Made by a program: the position numbers and the translations under genes | The notes under the pieces: generated by a model | Seen by the model: only the letters and a program-made list of their open reading frames with translations | The model's database searches: none | Told to the model about the DNA's origin: nothing | In this document: positions 41,010-53,608 of the stretch, piece by piece | Layout of the letters: every line of letters begins with the position of its first letter | How positions within the stretch are numbered: the first letter of the stretch is position 1 | NCBI GenBank assembly: GCA_036172245.1 | Contig: JAYWIR010000054.1 | Coordinates: 496,001-560,000, forward strand | Length of the DNA: 64,000 nucleotides | Source of the DNA: Raillietiella orientalis | Lineage: Eukaryota | Direction: 5' to 3'

Positions 41010-42299
41010 CGTGCCGCGGCAGACCTTCCCACGCCGTTCCTCCGGGCGACGAAGAATGCGGCGGCGGCGACGAATGCTCCGAGCCCGGCAAGTCGTCGAT
41101 CCTGGCGAATCGCGCAGGAAGCCACTGGGATGGGAGAGGGGCAGGACGTGGACGACGATCCCCGTGTGACGGGAGGGAGGGCAGTCGCAATCGATTTGCG
41201 CGGGGTCCGTGGGACCGCCGGAGTCCGAGACGGGACGTGCTCCGAGATCCTCCCCCCTTCCCCCCGTGGACACGTGACTCCGTTGCCAAGGGACACCGCG
41301 CGTAAACAAGGAGACTCCGCGCCCTCGACAACTGGTCGTTTTCCGAAAGGCGTGTGGTTCCGCGATCCACCGGGAAGCGCCTCGCCTTCGGGTGTGGGTG
41401 CGGAGAGGATAAGTCCACGAGGAGGACAGAGGGCCTCGGACCTTCCGTGGACCTCATCCGCGAAAGGTCCGAGGAGGGCTCCGATCACGTTCCTCTTCCG
41501 CCGCGTGATGATTCTCTCCCAGAGGGAAGCGACATTTTCTCATCTCCGCCCTGCGCAACATTCTCTCCGCTTTCGTCACTCACGGCCACAGGTCACGCCC
41601 TTGCGAGGTCCACGCAGGCGGCGCGCTACATTCAAATTGCATTCTCGTGTTTGCACCAAAATTAATCATCCTTGAATGGCATCTTCCCGAGAGTTCCGCG
41701 GGACGCCAGTAGCTGCGCGCTGGGAGGACGAGGGGATGAGGCAAGCCTTTGACCACCACCGCACCATATTCGCGGCTCACTCTGGACAAATTCCCCGCAA
41801 GCCTGGCAGGCGGCTCCCAAGCCGCGCGCGCGTGAGACTGCCCACCCGGACGGAGGTATTCCTCCGCCATCGATTTTTCTCTTCGTTTTTTTCTAACCGA
41901 ACCGCTCCTCTTGCGCCCCGTATGCCATTTCCGCTGGCAAGGGACGCCGAACGCTTCCGTTGGCGAGAGCGGGGGCCGATGATCCCTGAAGTGTGCACCT
42001 CCCGTCGCTCCGCCTGAGATCTCTCTCGGCCTGTTTCGGCTCCGTGCCACCTGCGTTCGAATTTGCTCGCGACCGCCGGAGACGAGCGACTGGACGATGG
42101 GCCTCTGGGAACGGCAGTGGGCGCGGTGGCAACCGTGGTGGCTACCGTGGTGGAGGAAGGAAAGGCCGGTGCATGCGCCTTCCCCTACCTAAGCGAGAAG
42201 AGCGGGAAGTTGACGCGAGGGGAACTCAAGTGGGTTAAGCAAGAGTGAAGCCGTCCAACGGCTCCCGCTGAAACGAGAGGCAGCAGCAAACCCACCGAC

Positions 42300-43100
42300 C
42301 TCCTGTGCGCGGGAGCACTTTTCAAAAGCTGGGAAGGTGGAAAAGACGAGAGGTTCGTCTTTACCTCTGGAAACAGACGGGCTGGTTGGTTCCACCACGG
42401 CGTAAACGCCCCGAAAACTTCGGTCCATAGCGAGAGAGAACTTAGGAAGACGATGCTCTCGGATCTGCCGGATGGTGACGCTACACACTTCCACCTCGGA
42501 TCGGCATTCATCCGCGTGTCTCTTTACTCGCCGATTGCTATTGCCAAGGAGGAGGGGAGAGCCAAAGCAGCTCAATTCTCAGGGTGAAGTGACCCCGAGA
42601 ATGCAGAACGGCTCGCTGCCTCCCTGTTGAATGCTGAGTCCCGGAGACTCCTAGGTGCGAAGGTGAGAACGCCGCTCCTGCTCAACGCTCCTCCTGCTTC
42701 TCCGCGGGATTGTCGGTTGCTGCTAGAGACAGTGGTGGTTCTTGATGACTTCACCAGCAGCCCCTGCTGGCAATGGTTCTCTCTCGCCCTTGTTGCAACA
42801 TCGACGGCGTTGTCACAGACAGTGGTGCTGGTGGTATAATAGGAGACGATGGCCGTGCTTGCTTGTGATCATGAGGATCTAGAAGACGAGATGGATGCAG
42901 TGCATCTCCGGAATTCCGAAATTTCTCCCGGGGTCGGGAAAGAGCCGCGTGCAGATGGAGATCGTGTGGACTCCGCAGAACGAACAGGTCGGGCAAGACC
43001 CCCTTTTCCAGCCACCTGCATCCACCTGCGGGTGTTGGGCGAGGTGAGGAGAAGCGCCTGATGCTGCTGAAGAATCACAACTTCCTTGGGAAGACGGTGG
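42300..43100 (+). mobile_element. Decayed LINE RT relic
   Basis: FHLGSAFIRVS (~fiDl.kAFDrV), SSPCWQWFSLAL (~lSP.lF.lal), MAVLACDHEDLE (~DDlvlla.s.edLq) and CIHLRV (~kYLG). Confidence 0.55.
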
Positions 43101-43819
43101 TTTTGAACAGCTGCAACCGGCGTAGGCCGTTGGAGGATGCGATCCCACGGTCTTCCTGGGCGGAAGATTTTGCGGAAGGATGAACAGGCTGGCGGCAGCC
43201 TGACCTTCCGCTTCAGCTCCGCTGTCTTCCCCCTTTGCAAGTGCTCTTCGCCTTTGCGAGAATTGGCGGTGGCTGTCTCCACGCAGCAGAACCACCCACC
43301 ACCCATGATGCTGCCCGCTAATCGGAAAACCGAGACATCGTTACAGGGTCCACGCCTGGAAAACGGGTAAAGATGAGACCGGAGCGCGGGTCGAGGCGCC
43401 ACCGCAGCCACGGGGACCGCCGCAGACCACGCGGGTCTCGCGCAGCCCGGAAACCCACCGTCCGGCTGAGGCTTTCCGAGAAGAGCTCACCACGCGGCCG
43501 GTTTGGATAGCAGACGAGAACTTTTCAAAGCAAAAGCAGCGGCAAAAGTGAGCGGATAAACGACAGAGCGCTCCACTGGTCGTCGTGGTTTATGCAAGCG
43601 AAAGTACGAAAGTTCGCCCGCTCCCCCTCTGGACGCCCTCATTCCTGTGGCAACGGTTGTAGCCGGAGCCGCCTCGGCACGTCGTGAGCCGCGCGCCTAC
43701 AGAAGAAAAAAAAAAAAAAAATAAGTGGGAGGGAGAAAAAAGGAATGCAAACACAAACGCCAAAGACATGACTGTGTTCTCCGCGACGTGCCTGCAAGCG
43801 GCATCTCCACTGCGAGGAG

Positions 43820-45320
43820 CTCACTCGTTGGTTCCTACCGCGCCAGCTTCCAGGTGTGCGAGCGTGCGCGTGAAGATGGCGCGCACCGGTTGTCCAGGAG
43901 CTAGGTGCAACTCCGTCTTGGCCACGGGCGCCACGCTTCCCAGTTGCCTTTGTCGCCCGTCCTGGTGGTGCGCGCGAGTGAGGAGGTGTCCTTCAGGTCC
44001 CGAAACTGATTGCTGCTGCACGCGCCGTCGAAACTTTCCAGCATGAGGTCGTCCTTTGCCTGGCAGCGGTGGCGCTGACTCCAGCTGTGTGCATTTCGGC
44101 AGCCGCTCCCGAGAAAGTGGTATGCTGCAGAGGCAGTAGGCAGATGCTCTCGCCTTGGTGAAAGGTAACTACGATGCAAGACCTACGACGCGCGCCCCGG
44201 TAACATAAGATGCTCTCATCAGGGCGTGCCATCTGCTGCTGCGGAAACGCGCAGCAGCCACGTGAAAGGCAGCGCGACGCAAGGGGCACGGCGCCTGCAC
44301 ACGAGGATATTTCACGGAAGCTGCACCACTGCCAATGATGAGGGGGAGGGGAGGGGAAGCTCAGGCTCCAGGCTTCCTGTACTCTCTGGAGAAGGACAGG
44401 GACGGAAGGGGCTCATCGGAGGTTGCCGTTTGGAGCAACGAACCACCCCACCGTTTTTAATGTCGTGAATGCTCAGCTGCTTTTCACACCCACCCACGCC
44501 GAGTGGAACCAACAGCCTCCCTGCCTGCTGACATGGGTTGTTCCTGCGCCTGCTGTTCTGAAGCTTGCCGGTGCCAGCGCTCCGAGACCTCGAATGACTT
44601 CAGTTGGAATCTGACCACTCGGATGTGATGACAGTCGAGCGCTCTGAGTTAGCCGTGTTTTCTCTGCAAGCATCCAGTAACAAATGGAACGTCTTGTTCT
44701 GCGGCTGCCGTTGCCGCCATACAAGGTCGACTCTTCCTACCGCAGAGTCTGCGTGAAAGACAAAATTGCCGTTCATTTCCATGGTTTCGCTTATAAAACG
44801 CTGCTGCTTTTGTAAGCTAAGTCTGTCCTAACCCATCCTTCCACGTGATGTGCTCGCCGGGTCCTGTTTGTAAGTAAACAGTCTACAGCCCCTGTCGTGT
44901 GCCTTGGAATCCGGCGTCAACGGATGAAGTCGTCATCAAATACACAATTTCCCTGAGGCGGATACCGAAATCAACTCGCTGACTAATTGTCTCGATTGTT
45001 TTGGTCCCTGGAAGTTCTCCGAATCGTACAGGACTTCAAAGTCCAGGGACGCGGCGTGGGGCCGACGTGGGCGATCCAGCATGACCCAAGGTCCACGGTG
45101 CAATAGAAGAACGCCTGGCCTCCGACGTGGCATTGGAACCCGAAAGCGCGGCAGGGCCACAGGAGGGCTGCTGTCCAGACCTGTGCCTCAATTCGGTTTC
45201 CTCAGTGTCGCCCGATAGTGAGTCTTTGGTAGGTGCCGTGCTGCAACCTCTTTTACTCCGAGGCCTCTGGACGATTTCAACCACCGGGACCGCCGAATTC
45301 ACTTCTCTTCGGGGGCAGTG
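43820..45320 (-). mobile_element. Old, heavily mutated piggyBac transposase relic
   Basis: Acidic N-terminus, GPWVMLD...LDFEVLYDSE (~Gp...plDfF.lffd.e), KTFHLLLDA (~RF..ll..l) and PDESILCYRGAR (~vDEsmv.frGR), colinear. Confidence 0.55.
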
Positions 45321-45629
45321 AGTGGTTTTTCTCCTGTCACATGGCCATTCGATAGGAAGATGAGTTTAAGGCAGAGGCAATCCGTTTCGAGAAACTTCGA
45401 ATTTGTCCCTTGCATCCTTTTGACACCTCCGGGATTTTGTCCTGAAGCGTTTGCTTAACTTTGTTCCAGGACAATACTTGTCAGCAGTTTCTTAAGTCCC
45501 TGGCTTGAGAATTTTGAATTTCGCTATATGGGGCGTACAATGACTGGAGAATGAGAGATGTTGTAGAAGATAAGAAAGAAAAAAAAAAAAAAAAACTGCT
45601 TTCCAATTTGATATCACACCTGCCTACAG

Positions 45630-45880
45630 TGTTTTAAGACACCCTGTGGGTACCATGGGCTTGGGATCGTTAAGTGCCCATTTTCCACGTATTTTTCACA
45701 CGTGTTTCTGAGGGCTTCGAATGCTGCTAGAAAATCCTGCTTAAGCACGTTTGTCAAACATGACACGAGGAGCCCTATTGTGAGAAAAATGGTATGAGAT
45801 AAATGTAACACAGACGAGGGCGCATATGTAACTGTAAATAACAAGTGCCATTGATAGTCTTTAGCCAAAAGCGTCATCTG
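45630..45880 (-). mobile_element. Probable mariner 3' fragment
   Basis: LKQDFLAAFEALRNTCEKYVENG resembles the mariner C-terminus; a cagggtgt TIR-like word lies near 45640. Confidence 0.4.
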
Positions 45881-46383
45881 CTGTTGTTAGACGAGGTCTT
45901 TCCCTCCCCTCTTTTGTTTTCCTTTTTGCAGGGTGCTAAAAATGGAATTATAGTCATTATGAGCTCTCTCCTAATGATCATAATTCCATTCCTGCACATG
46001 AAAAAGGAAAACAGAAGTTTGAATTTTTCAAACATATGTATGAAACCTCAAACTGCTCGCGTGACACTTCCCATGGACCACGCTGATAGTAGCTTGAATA
46101 TCTGGGTGAATGGCAGACACGCACTATTGCTGCTGTCCTTGAAACCGATGTATGCGTCCCAATCTTCCTGTTGAAGAAGAAGTGACGTGCTTTCAGCAAA
46201 GTACTTTGCTTGTTTTTTTTTTTTTTTTCTTTGGGATGTCGTTTCCCTTGCATATCGCCAGAACTTTTTTTTTTTTTAAAAAACAGAAAAAAAAAATTGC
46301 CAACAAGTGTCTAGTTTTCCACTGGCCCAGCGCCTCTCTGGATCAGCTGAGAGATGCTGCGCATCCGTTGAGTAATGTTTGTC

Positions 46384-46815
46384 CTATGTCCTAGTTATCG
46401 GTACGATGGGCAAAAGCTCAGTTCCTGACAGATGAGATCCCTCGACGAGTGTGATATCCGATAGCGTTTGGTCAGTTATCGAGATGCTCGTGTCCTCTTT
46501 CTTCCGCCCAGAACGTTCTCCCGTCTCCTGAATGCGCTTCCACAAGTTCCCAAATCCATCTATCCATCGCCTCTTCCAAAACCACTCAAGATCTCTGCCA
46601 TTACCAAGCACTCGATAAATTTGGCATCCTTCCGGGCTCGTCGTTGCTGGGAAACGTGTGCCGATGTGCCCAGGAGCACAAAAAACGCACGAAGCGCTCG
46701 CCAACTCTCCGATGTAGGACCACGGTCGCCCGCTGCTCCAAATCAGACTTGGCAGGCCTGCTGCGCTTCTGGGTTGTGAAAGTGGGGAGACTGCAATCAT
46801 CTTGCAATAGAATTC

Positions 46816-46848
<33 letters not shown>

Positions 46849-47080
46849 CTGCTCTGTTTACTTGGGACAGATTGGCTGGCTCACTTATCACTGTCGAACG
46901 ACCGTCTTTATTGGATGGGAATGGTCATCTTCCGATTCCGGTCTTTCGGTGTCCAAGCCCTCAGGCTTGGGTTCAGCCCTGCTCGGCGCGAAGAATGGGT
47001 TGTCGAATAACTCCCACACATGGATCACCCGAAGTCCATCAAAGAGCCACGCCTGTTTACGAAAGCAGCACGCCATGACG
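46384..47080 (-). mobile_element. Decayed LINE AP-endonuclease relic
   Basis: YIGELAS (~iGDFNa), GNGRDLEWF (~NGr.L..f), SISITDQTL (~s.iD) and HLSGTELLPI (~lSDH.pi). Confidence 0.6.
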
Positions 47081-47569
47081 ATGGGCTACTTCGGAAAGAA
47101 AAAGCCGCTCCCGCCTCGAGAGTGGCTTCGAGGGTCGGAGTCAGCTCGCGCCATCGCGCGGCCAACATTGCAACCTGAAAATAAACCGGCTCGCCCCCAC
47201 GTCGGGTTTGGGCCGTGCGACGTAGGGAGCCCGGAAGGAGACGCGCCCCGCTGTCCCTTAATTTTCATTTTTTTTTTTTTGCGTTCGTAATCTGTCGAAG
47301 AGGCGCATTTCCCAAACACCCTTAAATGGGGACCGGCTGGGATGATTTATTTTCAAAAATTTCGTGAAAGTGCAGTTTGATTCCCCTCCTCCCTTTCCCC
47401 TCCTCATTCAGGTCTTTAGCCGTGATGCGTACCGTTTATGCAGTGAAGCGGCAGCCCCGTGTGCAAGTGTACGTGCTGATGATGTTTTAATGATGTGGTC
47501 AATTAAAATTCTAATAGACGCTGCAGTCGCGAAGGAAACGGATGGAAGGTTCCTGCGAACGAGCGGGTG

Positions 47570-48652
47570 AGCGTTCCGCTTCGCTCCGATCGCATCCCCG
47601 GGGGCCAAGACGAAAAACACTCTCGAAGATGATACAGATTCGATCTCTGGCGGCTCCGCATGATGTGGAATGCTGCTGCCTCGAGGGGAGGAGATTTCAA
47701 AATCCCGAGGCGGCCACGGGCAGACAAAAAGTTTTCACCCAGTGGCGTCCCGTCTTCTTGAAAGTTCGCTCGCGAGGTGCTGCTTTCCTCTTCCTCGAAA
47801 GGAACTCTCCCCGATGTCCTCTTTAACGAGAGTATCCGAAATTCCGTTCTCCTCTTGCACTACGGGTCGGCTGACTTTCGTTCGAACGCCGTCAAGGCTG
47901 ATAGGGCGAGTTTTCACTTCTGGGAAAAATCGCCCCCGTGGCCGGCGAGAGGAGGAAAGCGCGGAAGCCATGCAGGTCCGCGCGCCTCCTCGCATCGCCA
48001 AGCACCCACGAAGCACCGCCTGACGTGGACGCAAGTCGCCTGCGGCCACCACGACGCATGTCCGGCCGAGCGCCTCGCAAAATGAGGGGGTGGTGGTTGC
48101 CAGGGAGGGACGTGGCGCGTCCCCAGCTTCAGCCCTCCAGCTGCTTTTCGGACTGGCATGGCCACCGCGGCAGGGAAGAAGCAAAGAGTGCAAGGTTGCT
48201 GCCGTCGTCTCCCTCGTGATGGAAGCGAACAGTGTCGCCCCATCGCCAGCCCTGTCTTGCGCTTATGGCTTTTTCCTTTTTGGGGTTTCCCCTCATCATT
48301 TCCACGGGGAGTTTGTAATCGGTCCCGAGAATGACGGAAATGGGGATTTCCGTGCGCGCGGAGCCGGCCCCAGAAAGACCGTGAGGAACATTCCGTGGAG
48401 CTGCCTGAGCAAGCCAGCAGAGAACCGGGTGGTGAGGAAAAAGCGTGGCGTCGCCCGCTTCCATCATCATCAAAGCTAAAGTCCCCTGTCCCCCCCGCAT
48501 ATCTTTATTTTTATATCTATGTGTGGTCCCCTCCCTCCTGTTCCAAACTTTCAGTGTGCCCGACCTGTGTGTCAGCGAGCCCTCCCGTTGAACTGCTTTT
48601 CCCTTAGTCTGGGAACTTGGTTCCCAGATAGTTTTTTTTTTGGAATAAACGC
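47570..48652 (+). mobile_element. L1/Tx1 endonuclease relic followed by a LINE 3' UTR with AATAAA
   Basis: DVECCCLEG, WRPVFLKVRSRGAAFLF (~W...f.s...srGVaiLf) and GRLTFV. 48483-48652 is clearly homologous to 4445-4625. Confidence 0.55.
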
Positions 48653-48749
48653 CTCGGAGCAACCGGATGATAATCATCATCATTCGGCAGCATTACCAAC
48701 CTCGCGATGGCTGCGCTGGAACAGCCTATTCGCGACGGATGTGCTGCAG

Positions 48750-49300
48750 GTAACCGAGTCGCTGCTGCCCGGGTGCTTGCCGATTCCAGAGCTCCAGAGC
48801 AGGAAACTGTGGCACACCTTCAAACAGAGGTTCCCAGGTCAGAGGTGCGTCCAGCCACCTCCTGAATATTGAGGGTCACCTGCGGTTCTGCCTCTTCGTG
48901 CTCGGTTGGATCTACCGCCGTGAGAGCGGGTGCTAGACGAACGCGCCACAGTGCTCGTCGCCGACGCTCACCCTCATTCTCTGAGTGCGGAGCTCCAGCT
49001 CGTCAGGAGGCAGAGAGATCTGGTCAACCTGATCCGAGGAAGGCGGGAACGGGGAGCCGACGGTTGCGCCGGAAACGCCCCAGGAGACGGCTTGCAGCTA
49101 CGCCTGGACCTGGTAGTCCGGGACGAGGAACGAGCGGACGTCTCCCTGCCCCTCGCGAAGACGCGGCAGCGCGTCTTGGTATGGCAACGAAAGGAGACCA
49201 AACATAGGGAGCTGTCCGTCCCGTTTCTCTGAAAGAGCAGCGCTGAGGGCATCAGCGGTGGGCTCCGCAAGAGACGAAGAACGGTGAGGTGCTCTACGGA
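48750..49300 (+). mobile_element. C-terminal relic of an RLE-type (R2/NeSL/R4 group) non-LTR retrotransposon
   Basis: HSL...RRQRDLVNLI...LRLDLVVRDEERADVSLPL...KETKHREL resembles Hil..C...RHn.v...RPDLvv....DVtvp....K..KY..L. Confidence 0.6.
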
Positions 49301-49309
49301 AAAAGCGGT

Positions 49310-49845
49310 GAAGCAAGAGGAGCCAACGTCCAGCAGGACCATGGCGCGTTCTAAGACGCGTTCGAGGTCACCGTACGGCATGAGCAGCTGTGAGCGATCC
49401 TCAGATAGAACAACAAGATGGCAGGAAGCGTAAAGAATTTCCCTTGTCTCTAAGATGTATTTCATGTACCACAATTGGATAAATACAGCTTCGCGTATTG
49501 TGGATCCGGTTCGAAAGGAAATTTGCAAGCAAGCGCGAAGGCTTATATTGCAGACCTGTAAAGGTCACGAAGGTGAATTTGGAAAGGTCGTCCCTGAAGG
49601 AGATGTCAAGGAGACTTCGGTAAGTGCTGTTTCCGAAAAGCCCATTCCTACATCCTTGACGTCACGAGTAGCAGCGAGCAATCCCCGGATAGAACAAGAT
49701 GGCAGCTCAAAAGAGGGGGGAACGCATGAGGAAGGCGGCGCGAACGGCATCCAGCACGGCCGTTGCACGTTTTGGGACGCATCCGGGGTCACCGTACGGC
49801 ATGAGTAGCTGCGAGGGATCCTCGGATAGAACAACAAGGTGGGTG
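49310..49845 (+). repeat. Three diverged direct copies of a motif (about 49310-49425, 49661-49705, 49725-49845)
   Basis: Core ggtcaccgtacggcatgag.agctg.gag.gatcctc.gatagaacaacaag.tgg in copies 1 and 3; the middle copy is partial. Confidence 0.85.
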
Positions 49846-50185
49846 CGTCAAAGATGAGGGAAAGGAAGACAGGCAAGCAAGCAATAAGGAAGAGGCTCCC
49901 TTCGAGGTTTCCCTACCAAGTGTAAGAGGAACGAACTCCTCCTTCCAAAGCCTTCCTGGATTGGTCCCTCCGAGGTAACTCCCTAACTTGAAGAGTCATC
50001 ACGCACCCTCGAATGACGTGGACACCATTTAAAAGCTTCGCGACTCCCTCCCTCACTTCCCCCAAGGAGGCGGACTGTTCTTCAGCACTTGGCGAACCAA
50101 AAAAGAATCGAAAACAAAAAGCGAAACCAGAACTCAAAGGGATCTCCATCATTCCTGAGATGAAAAAAATAAGAGACCTCGAACA

Positions 50186-50551
50186 GTGACCAAGGGACAC
50201 GGGAGCGGAGCGGACCCCGTCCAGAGAGAGGAGACCACGCCCTGGTACTTGACTTGTGCTGCTCACTCGAAAGTGCACTTGCGGCGTTTGAAAAAGCGCG
50301 CAGAAGATTTCCTTCTCTGCCTTCGCTCGCAAGCGACGGCCTCGGAGGATGCGCAGACATCCACAGAGGGATTCCTCGCTTCATCATCCACTCGGGACTG
50401 CTTGCGCGGAAGACTCTTCATGTTCACCCATCAGCAAGCAGGCGGCCTTGAAGACAAACACGAGCTGGTGTTTCAGGAAGAACCGTTCGCTTCAGTTGTC
50501 CACTTCGTCTCGCTAGGGTCCCGGCTGGCGTCCCAACCCAAGAGCGACTGA
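50186..50551 (+). mobile_element. Decayed LINE (RTE/CR1-like) RT fragment
   Basis: RAEDFLLCLRS (~YADDl.l.a.s) and EEPFASVVHFVSLGSRL (~GE.le.V..F.YLGS.i). Confidence 0.6.
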
Positions 50552-50649
50552 GAGCACATCGTCCTCTCCATCCCCCCACCCCCCCGCGTTCTCTACCCAC
50601 TGATCCCTGGGTCCCTGGGTCCTCCACTAGGAGCTGACCCTTCCTTCAG

Positions 50650-51300
50650 CTTACCTCCTCCAACTCCTCAGCAGGACAGACGGCGTGCCCGCTGCCGCTG
50701 CTCTCCCGTCGCGCCGGAGCACCGGATCTGGTAGTAGCAGCCCTGGGTCTGCTCTGGGAGTGAGCTGGTCAGAGGCCGCCGGCCCGCATTCTTCTTGAGA
50801 GGACTGCTCTGTCTGGGCAGCTGGACCTCTCCCTCGATGAGTCGTCTTCCCTCGTTCCCGATGAGATGGGTTGCGGTGTGGCGGGGGGGTCACTTCCGCG
50901 TGCACCTGCCGCGCATGCGGTGGGTGGCATCCCTGGGGGGTGCCTCCCGCGCCAGCATCCCACTGAGCCACGCCGCGCGAACCAACCAGTGATGGGGAAG
51001 AGCCTGGGACTGTTTTCCTTTTCCGCCGCCGAAGGAAAAGAAAAACAGTGGACGTGGACCTCTGAGGACGTGACCTTCGCTCGGTTTCGGTGCTTCTTCC
51101 AAAGAGATATCGTATTGCACTCGCGGACCGGAGGTGATCTTCCGCGCGCAGCAGCGGCTCCCGCGGTTCCTTCCGCGGACTGCCCGTAAAGTTCAGGACC
51201 CACACCTTCCCGTTCGGAGCCTGGCTCGTAGACCGAGGCGCCACTGGCACACTAAGCGTTTCCCTCCCATTCTTGAGCGCCGCGGCTCTCAGGGTTGTCC
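50650..51300 (-). mobile_element. Possible Tx1-like ORF1 relic
   Basis: YLFG...TSTVFLFL...VPGSSPSLVG followed by a degenerate knuckle (CWRGRHPP...C). Confidence 0.35.
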
Positions 51301-51316
51301 GTTGGGTCATTGGGGA

Positions 51317-53608
51317 CGTCGTGCCGAGTTGCTGGGAGATGGTGGAGAAGAGGAGAAAGGGAAGAGGAGGAAGAAGGAAGGACGAGAAGGAAAAGAAGAG
51401 GAAAAGAGGAGAAAAGGAGGAGAATGGAGAAAAGAAGGGAGGAAGAGGAGAAGGTAGGGAGGAACAGCAAGAGGAAGATGTCGGTGGTGCCGAGTTGCGA
51501 GTGCGGACTCCTTCCTTCTTCGCACGATCGTGCTGCGCCCTGTGGCGCCTCCCGCGGGAGACTGAACCCACGCCCGGAAACTGGCGAGTCACCATCCCAG
51601 GAGGTCACGCGCCGTAGTCGGTCGTGGACTCAGAAACCTGCTCTTTGAAAGCAGCATGGAAGCGACCATGGTCAGAATCAACTCGCGAACTCTGGGGCTC
51701 CTACCGACTGAAGTGCTTCGGACTCCAAACAGGAGCTCTCCCAAAGGCGATCCCACTTTATCGGGTTGCCGGAGGAAGGACCGATGAGCACACTCGAGGC
51801 TTCCCCAAATCTCCACCCGATGGTCAGAGGCGGGCGTTCGGAGGGGGCAGGCGGGCGAGGGTTTCCACAACCCCTTCGCCCGGCAAACATGTCGGCTGCG
51901 TCTGAGGGAAGAATTCAAGAAGGAGGAAATTCCCATTTGCACCTCGCCCGTGGCTCCGTTGCCCATGGCAACAACCCTGCAAACAAGCCGACGTTGCTCT
52001 TGGTTTCAGGAATGGCAAGTGCCAAGCGAACGGCGGAAATGAGCTTCATTCCTAGAGCTCCAACCCAATCGGGCGACTCAAGACAAAGAAAGCCTTTGGA
52101 AGATTCGGGACATAGGAATGCGCGGGTTCATTCCGCAGCCCCGTGGCCCCCTCGACCAGAACAGCATCACGGAAACGTGGCAAGAGGCGGCCTGCGAGGA
52201 ACATCCTGGATCAGGGCGGTGGTTCCTCGTTGATCCTTTGTAGAACTTTGCGTAGGGCAGGTTCAGCTGAGATTCGAGCCCACAGCCGTTCTCTCCACGT
52301 CCGAAGATGAAGGGGCCGAGATCTGCCTGATGAAGATTGGTGCCGGAGGCCTCTGTTATTCTGAAGATCCCGAGTCAGGGTCAACATCCCGGTCAGCGCG
52401 TCCGGGACTGTGGTGAGGGACGCCCATCGCCGCAATGGGACACCGCTCCTTTCGCTTGCGGCGGTTTCTCCCGCACACCCAGTGACACGGCGTGTCTCTT
52501 TGCAGGCGAGGTGTGGAAGTGGAAAGGAGTCTGGAGTGAGCTCACTCCTGGAGTGGGCTCTCGTCTCCACATGGATCCGCGCAAGAGGTGAGGAGTGGTC
52601 ATCCTGTCTCTTCGAGAGCAACTCCCACGAGTTCCACAGAGTCCGAGAAAGACAGGAGAAGGTCGTCTTGTCAGCGACTGGACGGATGGTTGCCCCTGGC
52701 GTCCAAGATGTCTTCGGAATCCGTTGGGACATTGTTCCGACGAGAACGACGTCAGCAACGCCGACGTCGAGGAATCGGAAACAGCTGACGGGAATGACGG
52801 CGCAGAATTTTCTGGACGCGAGTCCATCAACTCATCTGTGCGGAACAGGAAGACCGTCTTTCTGTTTTGCGCTCCTCCCTTCCTCCTCATCCCTCCCTCC
52901 CCACTGTATCAGTCCTTTCTCCGGCAGCCCGATAAAGTGGGATCACCTTTGGGAGAGCTCCTGTTTGGAGTCCGACGCACTTCTGTCGGTAGGAGCTCCA
53001 GAGTTCGCGAGTTGACCCTGACCGTGGTCGCTTCCATGCTGCTTTCAAAGAGCAGGTTTCTGAATCCACGACCGACTACGGCGCGTGACCTGGGATGGGC
53101 GACCCGCCAGTTTCCGGGCGTGGGTTCAGTCTCCCGCGGGAGGCGCCACAGGGCGCAGCACGATCGTGCGAAGAAGGAAGGAGTCCGCACACGCAACTCG
53201 GCACCACCGACATCTTCCTCTTGCTGTTCTTCCCTCCCTTCTCCTCTTCCTCTCTTCTTTCTTCCATCCTCCTCCCTTCCTTTCCTCTTCCTTTCTATTT
53301 CCTTCCTCCTTCCTCCTCCCTTCTTCCTTCTTCCTCTCATCCCCATTTTCTCCTTCCTTTCTCCTCTCTTCCCCTCTTCCTCCTTCTTTCTATCCCCTTC
53401 CTCCTCCCTTCTCCCTTCTACCTCCTTCCTCCTTCCTCTCATCTCCCTTTCCTCGTTTCTTCCTTCCACCCTTCTCCTTCCTTTCTTCTCCTCTTCTCCT
53501 GCTCCTCTTCCCTCCCTCCCTGCACCCTTCCTCCTCCCTTCCTCGTCCTCTTCTTTTTCTCCTCCTCTCCGCCATCTGCTTTGCTCGGCCGCGCTGCTGG
53601 GCACGACG
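51317..53608. repeat. Long inverted repeat: arms about 51317-51785 and 52908-53608, spacer about 1.12 kb
   Basis: Core 51441-51785 is the reverse complement of about 52908-53250 with scattered mismatches (the same peptides appear on opposite strands in the ORF track). Outer parts are GA-rich / CT-rich tracts of unequal length ending in matching cgtcgtgcc / ggcacgacg. Confidence 0.95.
52100..52750 (-). mobile_element. Decayed Ty3/Gypsy RNase H-integrase junction inside the inverted-repeat spacer
   Basis: IRPVA...LSRTL, QDDHSSPL (~TDHkPL), LRRW...VPDALT (~aDALSR) and AEPALRKVLQRINEEPP (~Dp.L..v...i..gwp). Confidence 0.55.

Noticed and set aside
49310..49845. Repeat-spacer pattern reminiscent of CRISPR
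   Set aside because: Only three diverged units with irregular spacing, no cas genes, eukaryotic context.
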